Of a stretch of DNA of 38,344 nucleotides, positions 1 to 10,396 are shown piece after piece. The stretch is from an uncultured Bacillota bacterium (lineage in GTDB: Bacteria > Bacillota_I > Bacilli_A > Erysipelotrichales > Erysipelotrichaceae): contig CASEWY010000119.1 of assembly GCA_949291625.1 (NCBI GenBank), positions 1-38,344 on the forward strand. Reading direction: 5' to 3'. Below the pieces are notes generated by a model. The model searched no databases. It was not told where the DNA came from and saw nothing but the letters and a program-made list of their open reading frames with translations. Positions within the stretch are counted from its first letter, which is position 1. Every line of letters begins with the position of its first letter. Both the position numbers and the translations under genes were made by a program.

Positions 1-778
1 GAATGCTCCTTAAATCACATCCATTTTCTAAAAGATGAGTTGCATATGTATGACGTAATTTATGTGGAGTTATTTTTTTATCAATATTCACTTGTGACAA
101 GACATATTTTAACATACTTTCAATATATTCAGTTCTAATATGATTTCCTTTTGGATTAATAAAAAAATAATTAACTTTATTTTTAGAATAAATAGGTCTA
201 ACAACAACTAAATATTTTTTTAATATAGCTGCAGTAACTTCAGGAATTGGTACAATTCTTTCCTTTTGACCTTTACCTAAAACTCTTAATATTTTTGTTT
301 CTAAATCTACTTGTGATAATGTAAGATCACAAACTTCACTAACTCTTAAGCCACAACCATATATAATTTCTAATAAAGCATGATTTAAAATTCCTTTAGG
401 ACTATCATCAAAATAATTCATTATTTGTTCAATTTCTTGTAAGGTACAAAAAATAGGTAATTGTTTTTCACTTTTATGAACTTCAATATTATTTGAAGGA
501 TCATGAATATCATATTTAAATGATAAAAATTGATGAAAGGTTCTAATCGCATTAGCTTTTCTTGCAAGCGTAGATGATGCATAATGGTCCTTTATCATAG
601 TAATATAGTTATTTATGATATCATAATTTACTTTTTCAATATCTTCTATTTCATTATCATTTAAATAAGCAAGATAATCTTTAATATCTCGACTATATGC
701 CTCAATAGTATTTATAGCTTTGGGTTCATTGATGGAAATTTGAATAAGATATGCTTCTAATGCATCATTTAGTTTCAT
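1..778 (-). CDS. xerD: site-specific tyrosine recombinase, XerD/XerC family (C-terminus runs off the left edge)
   Basis: Not in the ORF track because it is truncated. My translation from ATG at 778 reads MKLNDALEAYLIQISINEPKAINTIEAYSRDIKDYL. At the window edge it reads TPHKLRHTYATHLLENGCDLRSI, the HxLRH..ATHLLE box of Xer recombinases. The start overlaps the dinB stop by 14 nt. Confidence 0.85.
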   Translation of the reverse strand, partial: MKLNDALEAYLIQISINEPKAINTIEAYSRDIKDYLAYLNDNEIEDIEKVNYDIINNYITMIKDHYASSTLARKANAIRTFHQFLSFKYDIHDPSNNIEVHKSEKQLPIFCTLQEIEQIMNYFDDSPKGILNHALLEIIYGCGLRVSEVCDLTLSQVDLETKILRVLGKGQKERIVPIPEVTAAILKKYLVVVRPIYSKNKVNYFFINPKGNHIRTEYIESMLKYVLSQVNIDKKITPHKLRHTYATHLLENGCDLRSI

Positions 779-1949
779 TTTTATATTCCTTTTTAATATC
801 TTTTGCTAAAACAAGTTTGCCACCTAATTTTAATTGATCATTCAATTGCTTTACAACCACTTTTATATCATTTTGGTAATCATTTTCATCAAAAATATTG
901 AGTTGGATATTTAGATTATCTACATTTTTAATATCTTGTACACTAATACCCAATAGTCGAATAGGAATATCATTATATACAGCATCAAACAACTCTATCG
1001 CATGTTCAAATATATCACTTTGTTTATAAATATAGCGATCTATCTTTTTTGAACGTACAATAGATTTAAAATCATAATATTTAACCGTAATTGATATGAT
1101 ATTTCCAGCCATCCTTGCCTCATGTAACTTATTTGCTAAGCTTCGTGATAATGAATTAAAAATACCTTTAATTTCTTGATAATCACTTATATCTTCCAAT
1201 AAGGTAACCGAATGTCCCATTGATTTTGCTACTGCATTATTAATAATTTCTTCATTATCTTTTCCATGGGCTTTCGCTATTAATAATTCCGTATTTTTAC
1301 CAAAAATCATTTTTAATTGATTGATATCTTGATAATTTGCTAAATCCCCTATGGTATTTATTCCTAAGGCTTTAACATAAGGTAAAGTTTTTTGACCTAT
1401 TCCTCGCATTTCTTTGATATCTAAAGGCCACAATTTACTTGGGACTTCAGAAATTCTTAATACTGTTATGCCCATAGGTTTTTTCATATCAGAAGCCATT
1501 TTTGCTAAAAATTTATTTGGTGCAACCCCTATCGAGCATTTTAATCCATATAGACGTAATAATTCTTTTTGGATTTGCCAAGCTAAATCTAAAGGATATT
1601 TATATCTTTTTATTGTTTCACTCATATCGGCATAACATTCATCAATTGATACCTGTTCAACATTATCAGTAAATTTTTTAATATAAGATATAAATTTATG
1701 AGATAACTCTTCATAATATCCATGATGTGATTGAACAATAATTAAATCTTTACATCTTTTTTTTGCTTCTTGAATACTCATAGCGCTATGAATTCCATAA
1801 GCTCTTGCTTCATAGGAACAAGTGCTTACTACACTTCGTCTAGTAGAACCTGCAACTGCAATCGGTTTATTAGCTAAACTAGGATCTAATAATATTTCTG
1901 CATTAGCAAAAAAGGCATTTAAGTCAATATGAAATATTACTCTTCCCAT
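765..1949 (-). CDS. dinB: DNA polymerase IV (Y-family translesion polymerase)
   Basis: 394-aa ORF with the Y-family motifs FHIDLNAFFANAE and SIDECYADM (catalytic Asp/Glu). The start overlaps the recN stop (TAATG). Confidence 0.93.
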   Translation of the reverse strand: MGRVIFHIDLNAFFANAEILLDPSLANKPIAVAGSTRRSVVSTCSYEARAYGIHSAMSIQEAKKRCKDLIIVQSHHGYYEELSHKFISYIKKFTDNVEQVSIDECYADMSETIKRYKYPLDLAWQIQKELLRLYGLKCSIGVAPNKFLAKMASDMKKPMGITVLRISEVPSKLWPLDIKEMRGIGQKTLPYVKALGINTIGDLANYQDINQLKMIFGKNTELLIAKAHGKDNEEIINNAVAKSMGHSVTLLEDISDYQEIKGIFNSLSRSLANKLHEARMAGNIISITVKYYDFKSIVRSKKIDRYIYKQSDIFEHAIELFDAVYNDIPIRLLGISVQDIKNVDNLNIQLNIFDENDYQNDIKVVVKQLNDQLKLGGKLVLAKDIKKEYKNETK

Positions 1950-3568
1950 TATTGATTGCTTTCTAATAAGGCTTTTGCCGCTACTAAACCAGCTTCATCT
2001 ATTTTACCATTTGCCATTAGACATAATTCTTCAATTCTTTGTTCATTATTTAATTCTATTACATCTGTATAAGTAGAATTATCTTTAGTAGATTTTATTA
2101 CTTTATATTGATGATTGGCATAGCTTGCTACAATTGGCAAATGTGTAATAGAAAATACTTGAATTGATTTACTTAGATATTTCATTTTTTCGGCTATAGC
2201 ACCAGCTACTTTTCCACTAACACCTGTATCTATTTCATCAAAGATGATTGTTTCAACATTAGTTAGATTAGCAAATATTACTTTTAAACCTAGCATCAAT
2301 CTAGAAAGTTCACCACCGCTTGCTGTTTTATGTAATGGTTTTAAATCTTCTCCTGCATTTAAAGATATATAGAATTCTACATTGTCTATACCTTTAGAAG
2401 ATGGAGTACATTCTTCAATAACAATCTTAAATGATGCATTATTTAACATTAAATCTTTAAGATTACTAATTACTTTAGTTTCTAATTCTTTAGCTTTATT
2501 CTCTCTTAATTCATGTAATTTTTTAGCATTATTTAAGAATTTTTGATAAGCTTCATCTACTTCTTTTTGAAATTTAGCTAAATATTCTTGACGATTATTA
2601 ATTATTTCAATTTTTTCTTCTAATTGTTTTTTATAAATCAATATATCTTCTACATTACGATTATATTTATGTTTAAGTTTATTAATTAAAAATAAACGTT
2701 CTTCAACTTCATTAATGGTAGCTTCATCAATATTATAAGCATTAATATATTTATCTAATTCTTCCATAACATCTTCAATATTATAAATTGAATTATTTAA
2801 TGTTTGCTCCAAATGTTCTAAATGAAAACTTTTAAATAGTTTTTGTATTTCATATAGATTTGGATATACATTTTCATCATAAATATTTTTAATAGTTATA
2901 TATTTATTTAAATTATTTTTTATGGCTTTATATCCTTCTTCTTGTTTTTTTAATTCATATTCTTCTTGAGGATCTAAATGAGCTGAATTAATTTCATCAA
3001 TCATAAATTGATAATAATCTATATCTTGTTCATTATATTTTTCTTCAAGATTTTCTTGTAATGATTTATTTAATTGATAATATTCTTGATAGCTTTTTTT
3101 AACTTCGTTAATTAATTTATCATCAATATATTTATCTAATAATTCAATATGTTTATTTTTATTTAAAAGATATTGATTATCATGTTGAGAATGAATATCA
3201 ATAGAATCTTGTAAACATTCATTAATTAATAACCCATTAACAACTCTATTATTTAAACGATAAATACTTTTTCCATCACTTTTAATTTCTCTTGTAATCA
3301 TGATGGTTTCATCATAGTCAAGTCCAGCCTCTTCTAAAATTTTACCAATTTTATAATCAATATCAAATATACCTTGAATGATAGCTCGATCTTTGCCTTT
3401 TTTAATTAAGGAACTGCTTGCTTTCTTTCTTGAAAGCAAACTAATCGCATCAATAATAATGGATTTTCCTGCTCCAGTTTCTCCTGTTAATACGGTAAAA
3501 CCTTCATTAAAATCAACAGAAAGCTCGTCTATCAATATAAAATTTTTGATATATAGATTTCTAAGCAT
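1949..3568 (-). CDS. recN: DNA repair protein RecN (SMC-like ATPase)
   Basis: 539-aa ORF with Walker A GETGAGKSI, a long coiled-coil middle, the signature ASGGELSRLML and Walker B IIFDEIDTG. The RBS GAGGTGA lies in the end of dxs. Confidence 0.95.
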   Translation of the reverse strand: MLRNLYIKNFILIDELSVDFNEGFTVLTGETGAGKSIIIDAISLLSRKKASSSLIKKGKDRAIIQGIFDIDYKIGKILEEAGLDYDETIMITREIKSDGKSIYRLNNRVVNGLLINECLQDSIDIHSQHDNQYLLNKNKHIELLDKYIDDKLINEVKKSYQEYYQLNKSLQENLEEKYNEQDIDYYQFMIDEINSAHLDPQEEYELKKQEEGYKAIKNNLNKYITIKNIYDENVYPNLYEIQKLFKSFHLEHLEQTLNNSIYNIEDVMEELDKYINAYNIDEATINEVEERLFLINKLKHKYNRNVEDILIYKKQLEEKIEIINNRQEYLAKFQKEVDEAYQKFLNNAKKLHELRENKAKELETKVISNLKDLMLNNASFKIVIEECTPSSKGIDNVEFYISLNAGEDLKPLHKTASGGELSRLMLGLKVIFANLTNVETIIFDEIDTGVSGKVAGAIAEKMKYLSKSIQVFSITHLPIVASYANHQYKVIKSTKDNSTYTDVIELNNEQRIEELCLMANGKIDEAGLVAAKALLESNQ

Positions 3569-3572
3569 AAAT

Positions 3573-5435
3573 TCACCTCATCAATAAATCATTAATTTTA
3601 TCAAATAAATAATTTATATCTATATGTTGTTCTTTACGTAATAAACTATTTGCTCCAAATGTAACATAATTATCTTTAATACCAATTCTTTCAATATCCA
3701 TATTTAAGTTATGATCATTTAGATATTCTAATATAGCACTACTTAATCCCCCTGCTAACATATCAGTTTCATATATGATAACTTTTTTATTATCTTTAGC
3801 TAGCGATTCAAGCATATTATTATCTAATGGTTTAAAGAAACGACAATTGATTACCATTACTGGTAAATTATTAATTTCTACTTTTGATACAATCTTATCA
3901 ACATCTTCCCCATAAGTCATAACGATAAGTTTATAGTTATTTATATCACCATGTTTAGTCCATGTGCCTATTTCCACATTTTCCATTTTGCTTTCACTAT
4001 AATTAATAGTTCCTTTAGGATAGCGTATAGCAAATGGATGATTAGTATTAAATGCAGTAAATAATAAATTACCAGCTTCTTGAGCATCTTTGGGTTGAGC
4101 AATAATGATATTTGGTAATGGGCGCAGTATACCTATATCAAATACTCCATGATGGGTATCTCCATCATTTCCAACTAAACCAGCTCTATCTATTCCTATA
4201 ACTACTGGTAAGTCCATACGACATATATCATGATTAATTTGATCATAACAACGTTGTAAAAAGCTAGAATAAATAGCTAAAAAAGGTCTTTTGCCACTTA
4301 AAGCTAAGCTAGCTGCAAAAGTGGCAGCATGTTCTTCAGCAATGCCACAATCAAAACTTCTAAAAGGATATTTAGCAAAAAATTTTTCTAGTTTACTTCC
4401 TGCAATCATTGCCGGAGTTAGACATAAGATATCTTCGTTATTATCCGCTAGTTTTAATAAATCATCAGCCATTATCGCTGACCAAGATTTACAATTTTTA
4501 GGTGTATCATTTAATAATTTTCCTGTTGCCGGATTAAAAGGTCCTATGCCATGCCATATACCATTAATATCATCTTCACAAGGTAAATATCCTTTTCCTT
4601 TTTTGGTTATAACATGAACAACAATTGGTCCATCATGATATTTAGCTGTTTCTAGGGCTGGAATTAATTCTTTAAAATTATGACCATTAATAGGTCCTAA
4701 ATATTCTAAGCCAAATTCTTTGAATATGCCAAAGTCGATAACAGATTCTTTAAAATGATCTTTAATATTACTTAAACTAGATAATATGGCTTTTCCCATA
4801 TTATTTTTAGATAAAGATCTTTTCATATTTGTTTTAATTAAATTATAGTTTTTATCGCTTCTTAAACGAGTAAAACTATGAGATAAAGCACCAACATTTT
4901 TACTGATGGACATATTATTGTCATTAAATATAATCACACATCGGCGTTTTTACTCACCAATTTCATTTAATGCTTCTAAACTCATACCACTGCTTAAAGC
5001 GCCATCCCCTACAACAGGAACAACGCAATAATCTTTATTATCTAAATCGCGAGCAATACACATTCCTAAAGCTGCACTTAATGCCGTAGAACTATGTCCT
5101 GCTTCCCATACATCATGGATACTTTCATCTCTTTTTTGAAAACCACTTAAACCATGATATTGACGTAATTTATCAAATTGATTAGCACGTCCAGTTAGAA
5201 TTTTATGAACATAACTTTGATGACCTACATCAAAGAAGATTTTATCTTTAGGGGAATCAAAAACGCGATGCAAAGCAATAGTTAATTCTACAACCCCTAA
5301 ATTACTAGCTAAATGTCCACCTGTTTTACTAATTGAATCAATTAAAAAATTGCGAATATCTAGCGATAACTCATTTAATTGTTTATAGTTTAAATTTTTT
5401 AGGAACGTAGGATCTTTAATATCTTTTACGTTCAT
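3573..5435 (-). pseudogene. dxs: 1-deoxy-D-xylulose-5-phosphate synthase interrupted by a single in-frame TAA (ORF pieces 4950..5435 and 3573..4937)
   Basis: The two ORFs are in the same frame. The minus strand reads GCA TTA AAT GAA ATT GGT GAG TAA AAA CGC CGA TGT GTG ATT ATA TTT AAT GAC AAT = ALNEIGE*KRRCVIIFNDN. The N piece carries [15 protein letters not shown] and the C piece continues with NDNNMSISKNVGAL, so the stop sits inside the GDG...NDN ThDP/Mg motif. The identity as dxs is firm. Pseudogene versus sequencing error is open. Confidence 0.7.
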
Positions 5436-5446
5436 AATTGCGCCTC

Positions 5447-6283
5447 CTACTTACTTCTAATCTTTAATTTATCAATAATAACATCTAAATCCTCACTATT
5501 GAATCCTTCGATATTATCTATTTTTTTCTTAACATTGTCATATAATCTATTCATCATTTGTGTAGCTTCTTCAACACTCATTAGACGACAAATATTTTGT
5601 TTATTATTTTCATTATCACTATTACTTTTACCTAGTGTTTCAGCATCGCTAGTGACATCTAAAATATCATCTTGAATTTGAAAAGCTAAGCCTAATAATA
5701 AACCAATTTCATGCCAAATTTTTGCATCATCATATTTTTCAGCTGCATAACATCCCATTATCAAAGAACAAGCTAATAAACAACCTGTTTTATTAAAATG
5801 AATCTTTTTAATAAGATTTAAATCTAAATCCATATTTTCAGCCTTTAAATCTAACTCTTGGCCAAAAATCATACCAGCTGCTCCGCTATATTGTGATAGA
5901 GCTCTAGTACAATAACCATTAATTTTATAACTATCAGTAGCAGAAGCTGTCAAATAAAAAGCTTGTGTCAATAAAGCATCTCCAGCTAAGATAGCTGTTG
6001 CTTCATCATAAGCAATATGACAAGTTGCTCGACCTCTTCTTAAATCATCATCATCCATGGCTGGAAGATCATCATGGATAAGAGAATATGTATGTACCAT
6101 TTCTATAGCAGAAGCCAATTTATTCGCAATATTAGGATCTAAACCATATCCTTTTACTACACCATAAAGTAATTTTGGTCTTACTCTTTTTCCTTTACCA
6201 TTTAAGGCATAAATCATTGCTTCTTTAACTGTAGATGTTGGAAGATTAGATAAGTTTTCTATCAATAGATCATCAAACTTCAT
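5447..6283 (-). CDS. ispA: (2E,6E)-farnesyl/geranyl diphosphate synthase (polyprenyl synthetase)
   Basis: 278 aa with the first Asp-rich motif [17 protein letters not shown] and the second, FQIQDDILD. It has the conserved position between xseB and dxs. Confidence 0.92.
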   Translation of the reverse strand: MKFDDLLIENLSNLPTSTVKEAMIYALNGKGKRVRPKLLYGVVKGYGLDPNIANKLASAIEMVHTYSLIHDDLPAMDDDDLRRGRATCHIAYDEATAILAGDALLTQAFYLTASATDSYKINGYCTRALSQYSGAAGMIFGQELDLKAENMDLDLNLIKKIHFNKTGCLLACSLIMGCYAAEKYDDAKIWHEIGLLLGLAFQIQDDILDVTSDAETLGKSNSDNENNKQNICRLMSVEEATQMMNRLYDNVKKKIDNIEGFNSEDLDVIIDKLKIRSK

Positions 6284-6482
6284 TATTATTTTCCTCCTTA
6301 TTAGTTAATTCATGAACCTTAAGTTCAAATTCTTTTAATTGTGATTCACAATCAGCAGCTAAATTAAGTCCTTCTTCAAAAACTTTTAAAGTTTCATCTA
6401 AAGATAATTCATTTTTTTCTAATTGATTAACAATTTGATCTAATCTTTTCATAGCTTCTTCAAACGTTGGTTTTGTTTCCAT
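6273..6482 (-). CDS. xseB: exodeoxyribonuclease VII small subunit
   Basis: 69-aa helical protein (FEEAMKRLDQIVNQLE...LSLDETLKVFEEG), overlapping xseA upstream and ispA downstream. Confidence 0.9.
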   Translation of the reverse strand: METKPTFEEAMKRLDQIVNQLEKNELSLDETLKVFEEGLNLAADCESQLKEFELKVHELTNKEENNNEV

Positions 6483-7800
6483 TTTTTTCCACCTTTTCTA
6501 CTTTGCTATATATATTACCTGAAAATGTTTTTAATAATAAGTTATCTCCTTTATTTAATTGAGATATATCTTTTATTAATACATCATCTTTATAAGCTAA
6601 ATTATATCCTCTTTGCATAATCTTTAAAGGAGAATATGCATCTAATAATTGAATATTATGTCCTAATTTTAGCTTAATTTGTGTCAAATTAAAGTTAATA
6701 TCATTAATAATTAATTCTTGATATTTAGTAATATTTTGATTATGACTAAATACATACAAGGAAATAGCATGCATAATTTTTTGTTTATTGGTAATAATCA
6801 AAGTATTATTTAGACTTAATAATTCATTAACCTTTAATAATAAATCTTGTTTCAATACCATTAATTGTTGACGTTCTTTTTGAATTAAATTGTTTACTTT
6901 AGATAATTTTTGTCTTTGATAATCTAATAATAAACTTTGATTATGATAATATTTAATAATAATCGATTTAATTCTATTTTTATATGATAAAATATTGGCT
7001 TTTACTTCATGTATATCAGGAGTAGCTAAGGTTGCAGCTGCTGTTGGGGTTGCTCCTCTTACATCTGCTACATAATCAACAATCGTAAAATCTGTTTCAT
7101 GGCCAACTCCTGTGATAATTGGCGTTTGCATATTATATATAGTATAGGCTAATTGTTCATCATTAAAGGCCCATAAATCTTCAATTGATCCTCCACCTCT
7201 AACCAGTAGAATCACATCAAAATTTAATTTATCACAATTCTTCAAAGCCTCATTTATTTGTTTAGAAGCACCATCTCCTTGCACTAAGACATAGGATAAA
7301 TATACATTGCATATAGGCCATCTTTTTTTAATAGTAGTTAAAACATCTTTTAAAGCTGCAGTTTTATTACCAGTTATTACACAAATATTTTTAGGATATT
7401 TTTTTAAGGTTTTTTTATGTTCTTCAGAAAATAATCCTTCATCAGCTAATTTCTTTTTAAGACGTTCAAATTTTATATATAAATCGCCTATTCCATCAAG
7501 TTTAATAGCATTAACATAAAGTTGTAATTGGCCACTTGCACCAAATAATGACACATTGCATCTAATTAAAACTTTATCACCATCTTTAGGTACAAAATTA
7601 GTCTTATTTGTATAAGTAGAAAACATTACACAGCTTAAACGAGCCTGTTCATCTTTAATACTAAAATACCAATGTCCACTTTTATGGTTTGTAAAATTAC
7701 TTATTTCACCTTGAACAATAATATTTTGTAAATATTGATCATTTTCTAGTTTGCCTTTTAAATAATTTGCTAAAACATGTACCTTAATACTTTTTATCAT
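6460..7800 (-). CDS. xseA: exodeoxyribonuclease VII large subunit
   Basis: 446 aa with an N-terminal OB-fold region (GEISNFTNHKSGHWYFSIKD) and a core LVRGGGSIEDLWAFNDE. There is a 4-nt overlap with the nusB stop. Confidence 0.94.
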   Translation of the reverse strand: MIKSIKVHVLANYLKGKLENDQYLQNIIVQGEISNFTNHKSGHWYFSIKDEQARLSCVMFSTYTNKTNFVPKDGDKVLIRCNVSLFGASGQLQLYVNAIKLDGIGDLYIKFERLKKKLADEGLFSEEHKKTLKKYPKNICVITGNKTAALKDVLTTIKKRWPICNVYLSYVLVQGDGASKQINEALKNCDKLNFDVILLVRGGGSIEDLWAFNDEQLAYTIYNMQTPIITGVGHETDFTIVDYVADVRGATPTAAATLATPDIHEVKANILSYKNRIKSIIIKYYHNQSLLLDYQRQKLSKVNNLIQKERQQLMVLKQDLLLKVNELLSLNNTLIITNKQKIMHAISLYVFSHNQNITKYQELIINDINFNLTQIKLKLGHNIQLLDAYSPLKIMQRGYNLAYKDDVLIKDISQLNKGDNLLLKTFSGNIYSKVEKVEKNGNKTNV

Positions 7801-8174
7801 AATTTTTCTAATACACCATTAATTAATTTATATGCATCGTCATCACAATACTTTTTAGCTAAAATAACTGCTTCATCTATAATTACTGCCATTTGATTTA
7901 ATTTTAAGTCAAATTCAGTACAACCAATTAGTAATATAGCTTGTTCTAAATAACCTAAACGATCAAATGTCCATCCTTTTAATACTTCATCAATATAACT
8001 AGCATAACGTTCTTTATTTTCAATAGAATTGTATACTAAAGATTTGGCGAAATCACTTATTTCATTTTCTTTTACTAAAAAAATGTCTTCCAAACTTTCT
8101 TTAACATCCTTATTTGTTAATAAGTTTTGGTAGACACATATCATTGCTTTTTCTCTTTCGTTATGACGGTTCAT
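7797..8174 (-). CDS. nusB: transcription antitermination factor NusB
   Basis: The conserved part starts at MNRHNEREKAMICVYQ. That ATG (8174) is preceded by AAAAGGAGCTTAT. The 48-codon upstream extension in the ORF track (to 8318) is hydrophobic junk with no RBS and overlaps the divergent gene. Confidence 0.88.
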   Translation of the reverse strand: MNRHNEREKAMICVYQNLLTNKDVKESLEDIFLVKENEISDFAKSLVYNSIENKERYASYIDEVLKGWTFDRLGYLEQAILLIGCTEFDLKLNQMAVIIDEAVILAKKYCDDDAYKLINGVLEKL

Positions 8175-8267
8175 ATAAGCTCCTTTTCTGTTTAATATTT
8201 TAACATAATTACATATAAATATAAAGTTTTCATTGTAAAAAGCCCAAATAAGCGCTAGCATAATTAT

Positions 8268-8801
8268 ATGAAAATATATGAGAAATTTTATCGTCATTTT
8301 ATGACAATAACAAAACATAAATTATTAGTTACAAAGTTATGTTTTAAACTTAAATTATATAAACAAGGCATATTACATGATTTAAGTAAATATTCTTGGG
8401 TAGAATTTAGTGCGGGAGTAAAATATTATCAAGGCTATCGTTCCCCAATAGATGCTGAAAAAGCCGATAAAGGTTATTCTTTAGGATGGCTTCATCATAA
8501 AGGTCGCAATAAGCACCATTGGGAATATTGGACAGACAAAAATGCTGATGGCATTTTTTGTTATAAAATTCCATATAATTATGTTTTAGAAATGTGTTGT
8601 GATCGCATTGCTGCATGTAAAATATATCAAAAAGATAATTATACTCAAGCTAGTGCTTATGAATATTTCATAAATGGTACAGACCGTTTATATATGCATC
8701 CTGATACTGCAAATTTATTAAAAACTATTTTATTAATGATTAAAGAAAAAGGAGAAGATGAAACCTTCTCCTACTTAAGAAAGAATAAAATTTCTTATTG
8801 A
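8268..8801 (+). CDS. conserved hypothetical protein, His-rich HD-like motifs (resembles the DUF5662 family as I recall it)
   Basis: 177-aa ORF, one of only two plus-strand genes. Motifs are [19 protein letters not shown] and [15 protein letters not shown]. There is no obvious SD. Its stop overlaps the guaB stop (convergent, 7 nt). Confidence 0.6.
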   Translation: MKIYEKFYRHFMTITKHKLLVTKLCFKLKLYKQGILHDLSKYSWVEFSAGVKYYQGYRSPIDAEKADKGYSLGWLHHKGRNKHHWEYWTDKNADGIFCYKIPYNYVLEMCCDRIAACKIYQKDNYTQASAYEYFINGTDRLYMHPDTANLLKTILLMIKEKGEDETFSYLRKNKISY

Positions 8802-10300
8802 CCTTCTTTGGTCTTTTCTTTTACGATAACATCGTGTGCTCCACCTTCAACAATAGAAGTTGCACTTACTAAAGTTAAACGAGCTTTTTGTTGTAATTCT
8901 TTTATTGATAAACTTCCACAATTGCACATTGCAGATTTAATTTTGGCAATAGTTGTTTGTACATTTTCTTTTAAATAACCAGCATAAGGTACATATGAAT
9001 CTACACCTTCTTCAAAGCTAAGTTTTGCAGCTCCACCTAAATCATATCTTTGCCAGTTACGTGCACGATTACTTCCTTCGCCCCAATATTCTTTTACGAT
9101 TGTACCATTAATCATTAATTTATTTGTTGGAGATTCTTCAAATCGTGAAAAATAACGACCTAACATTACAAAATCAGCACCCATTGCTAAGGCTAATGTA
9201 ATATGATAGTCATAAACAATACCACCATCTGAACAAATTGGAATATAGATACCTGTTTCTTCAAAATATTCATCACGAGCTTTTGCAACATCAATTACTG
9301 CAGTAGCTTGTCCTCTACCAATTCCTTTTGTTTCACGCGTAATACAAATAGATCCGCCACCAATACCAATTTTAATAAAATCAGCACCAGCTTCTGCTAA
9401 GAATCTAAATCCATCTCTATCTACAACATTACCTGCACCAACTTTAACACTATCCCCATAATGTTCTCTAATCCAAGCAATAGTATCTTTTTGGAATTGA
9501 GTAAATCCTTCAGAAGAATCAATACATAATACATCAGCACCAGCTTCTACTAAAGCAGGAACACGTTGAGCATAGTCTCTAGTATTGATACCTGCACCAA
9601 CAATATATCGCTTATTACTATCTAATAATTCATTTGGATTATCTTTATGAGAATCATAATCTTTTCTAAATACTAAATAGCAAAGATTTTGATCTTTATC
9701 TACAACTGGTAATGTATTTAATTTATGATCCCAAATTAAATCATTACATACACTTAATGAATCAGTATCTTTTGCATATATAATTTTATCAAATGGTGTC
9801 ATGAACTCTTTTACTTTTGTACTTGGGTCCATACGTGAAACACGATAATCACGACTTGTTACTAATCCTAAGAATTTTGAATTAGCTTTACCATCAACGG
9901 TTACAGGCATTGTAGAATGACCTGTTTTAGCAAGTAAATCCAATACATCTTGTAAAGTATTTTCCGGAGTTAAGTTTGAATCACTCACTACAAAACCAGC
10001 TTTATAAGCTTTAACACGGTTAACCATTTTTGCTTGAGATTCAATTGATTGTGAACCATAAATAAAAGCAACCCCACCTTCTTTAGCAAGAGCTACTCCC
10101 ATTTTTTCACCACTAACCGATTGCATAATTGCACTTACCATTGGAATATTTAAAGAAATAGCTGGTTCTTCCCCTTTTTTAAATTTAACCAATGGCGTTT
10201 TTAAAGAAACTTTAGAAGGAACACAACTTGCATCACTATATCCAGGAACTAAAAGATATTCACTAAATGTGTGACTAGCATGTTCAAAATAATAAGCCAT
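8795..10300 (-). CDS. guaB: IMP dehydrogenase (about 500-aa subfamily with a [12 protein letters not shown] active-site loop and a CBS pair)
   Basis: 501 aa with [10 protein letters not shown] at the N-terminus, the catalytic Cys loop [25 protein letters not shown], and [11 protein letters not shown]. The RBS GGAGGTAGATATAC precedes the ATG. Confidence 0.9.
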   Translation of the reverse strand: MAYYFEHASHTFSEYLLVPGYSDASCVPSKVSLKTPLVKFKKGEEPAISLNIPMVSAIMQSVSGEKMGVALAKEGGVAFIYGSQSIESQAKMVNRVKAYKAGFVVSDSNLTPENTLQDVLDLLAKTGHSTMPVTVDGKANSKFLGLVTSRDYRVSRMDPSTKVKEFMTPFDKIIYAKDTDSLSVCNDLIWDHKLNTLPVVDKDQNLCYLVFRKDYDSHKDNPNELLDSNKRYIVGAGINTRDYAQRVPALVEAGADVLCIDSSEGFTQFQKDTIAWIREHYGDSVKVGAGNVVDRDGFRFLAEAGADFIKIGIGGGSICITRETKGIGRGQATAVIDVAKARDEYFEETGIYIPICSDGGIVYDYHITLALAMGADFVMLGRYFSRFEESPTNKLMINGTIVKEYWGEGSNRARNWQRYDLGGAAKLSFEEGVDSYVPYAGYLKENVQTTIAKIKSAMCNCGSLSIKELQQKARLTLVSATSIVEGGAHDVIVKEKTKEGQ

Positions 10301-10396
10301 GTATATCTACCTCCAATTTAATTTATTAGATTATATTGCAAAATTACTTTAAAGTAAAGTTTTTTCGTGATACTATATTTACCGGAGGAATTACAT

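Noticed and set aside
1-778. The tyrosine recombinase as a sign of an integrated mobile element or phage.
   Set aside because: It is the last gene of a tightly overlapping housekeeping operon (recN-dinB-xerD). It has XerD-type motifs, and no att-like repeats, excisionase or phage genes were seen nearby.
4950-4952. The in-frame TAA in dxs as stop-codon recoding or an alternative genetic code.
   Set aside because: TAA (and TGA) terminate many other genes in this window at the positions expected from homologues. No other gene needs read-through, and no known bacterial code reassigns TAA.
8175-8318. A 48-codon N-terminal extension of nusB in the ORF track.
   Set aside because: The extension is hydrophobic nonsense ([19 protein letters not shown]...), lacks an RBS and overlaps the divergent gene start. 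The conserved NusB sequence begins at the Met at 8174, which has an AAGGAG RBS.
10367-10396. The upstream GTG start for proS.
   Set aside because: There is no RBS. The ATG at 10397 follows GGAGG by 8 nt, and the conserved ProRS N-terminus begins there.
10301-10396. A T-box or other riboswitch upstream of proS or guaB.
   Set aside because: The shared intergenic region is only 96 nt. It contains no GGTGGTACC T-box sequence, no terminator hairpin and no conserved riboswitch core.
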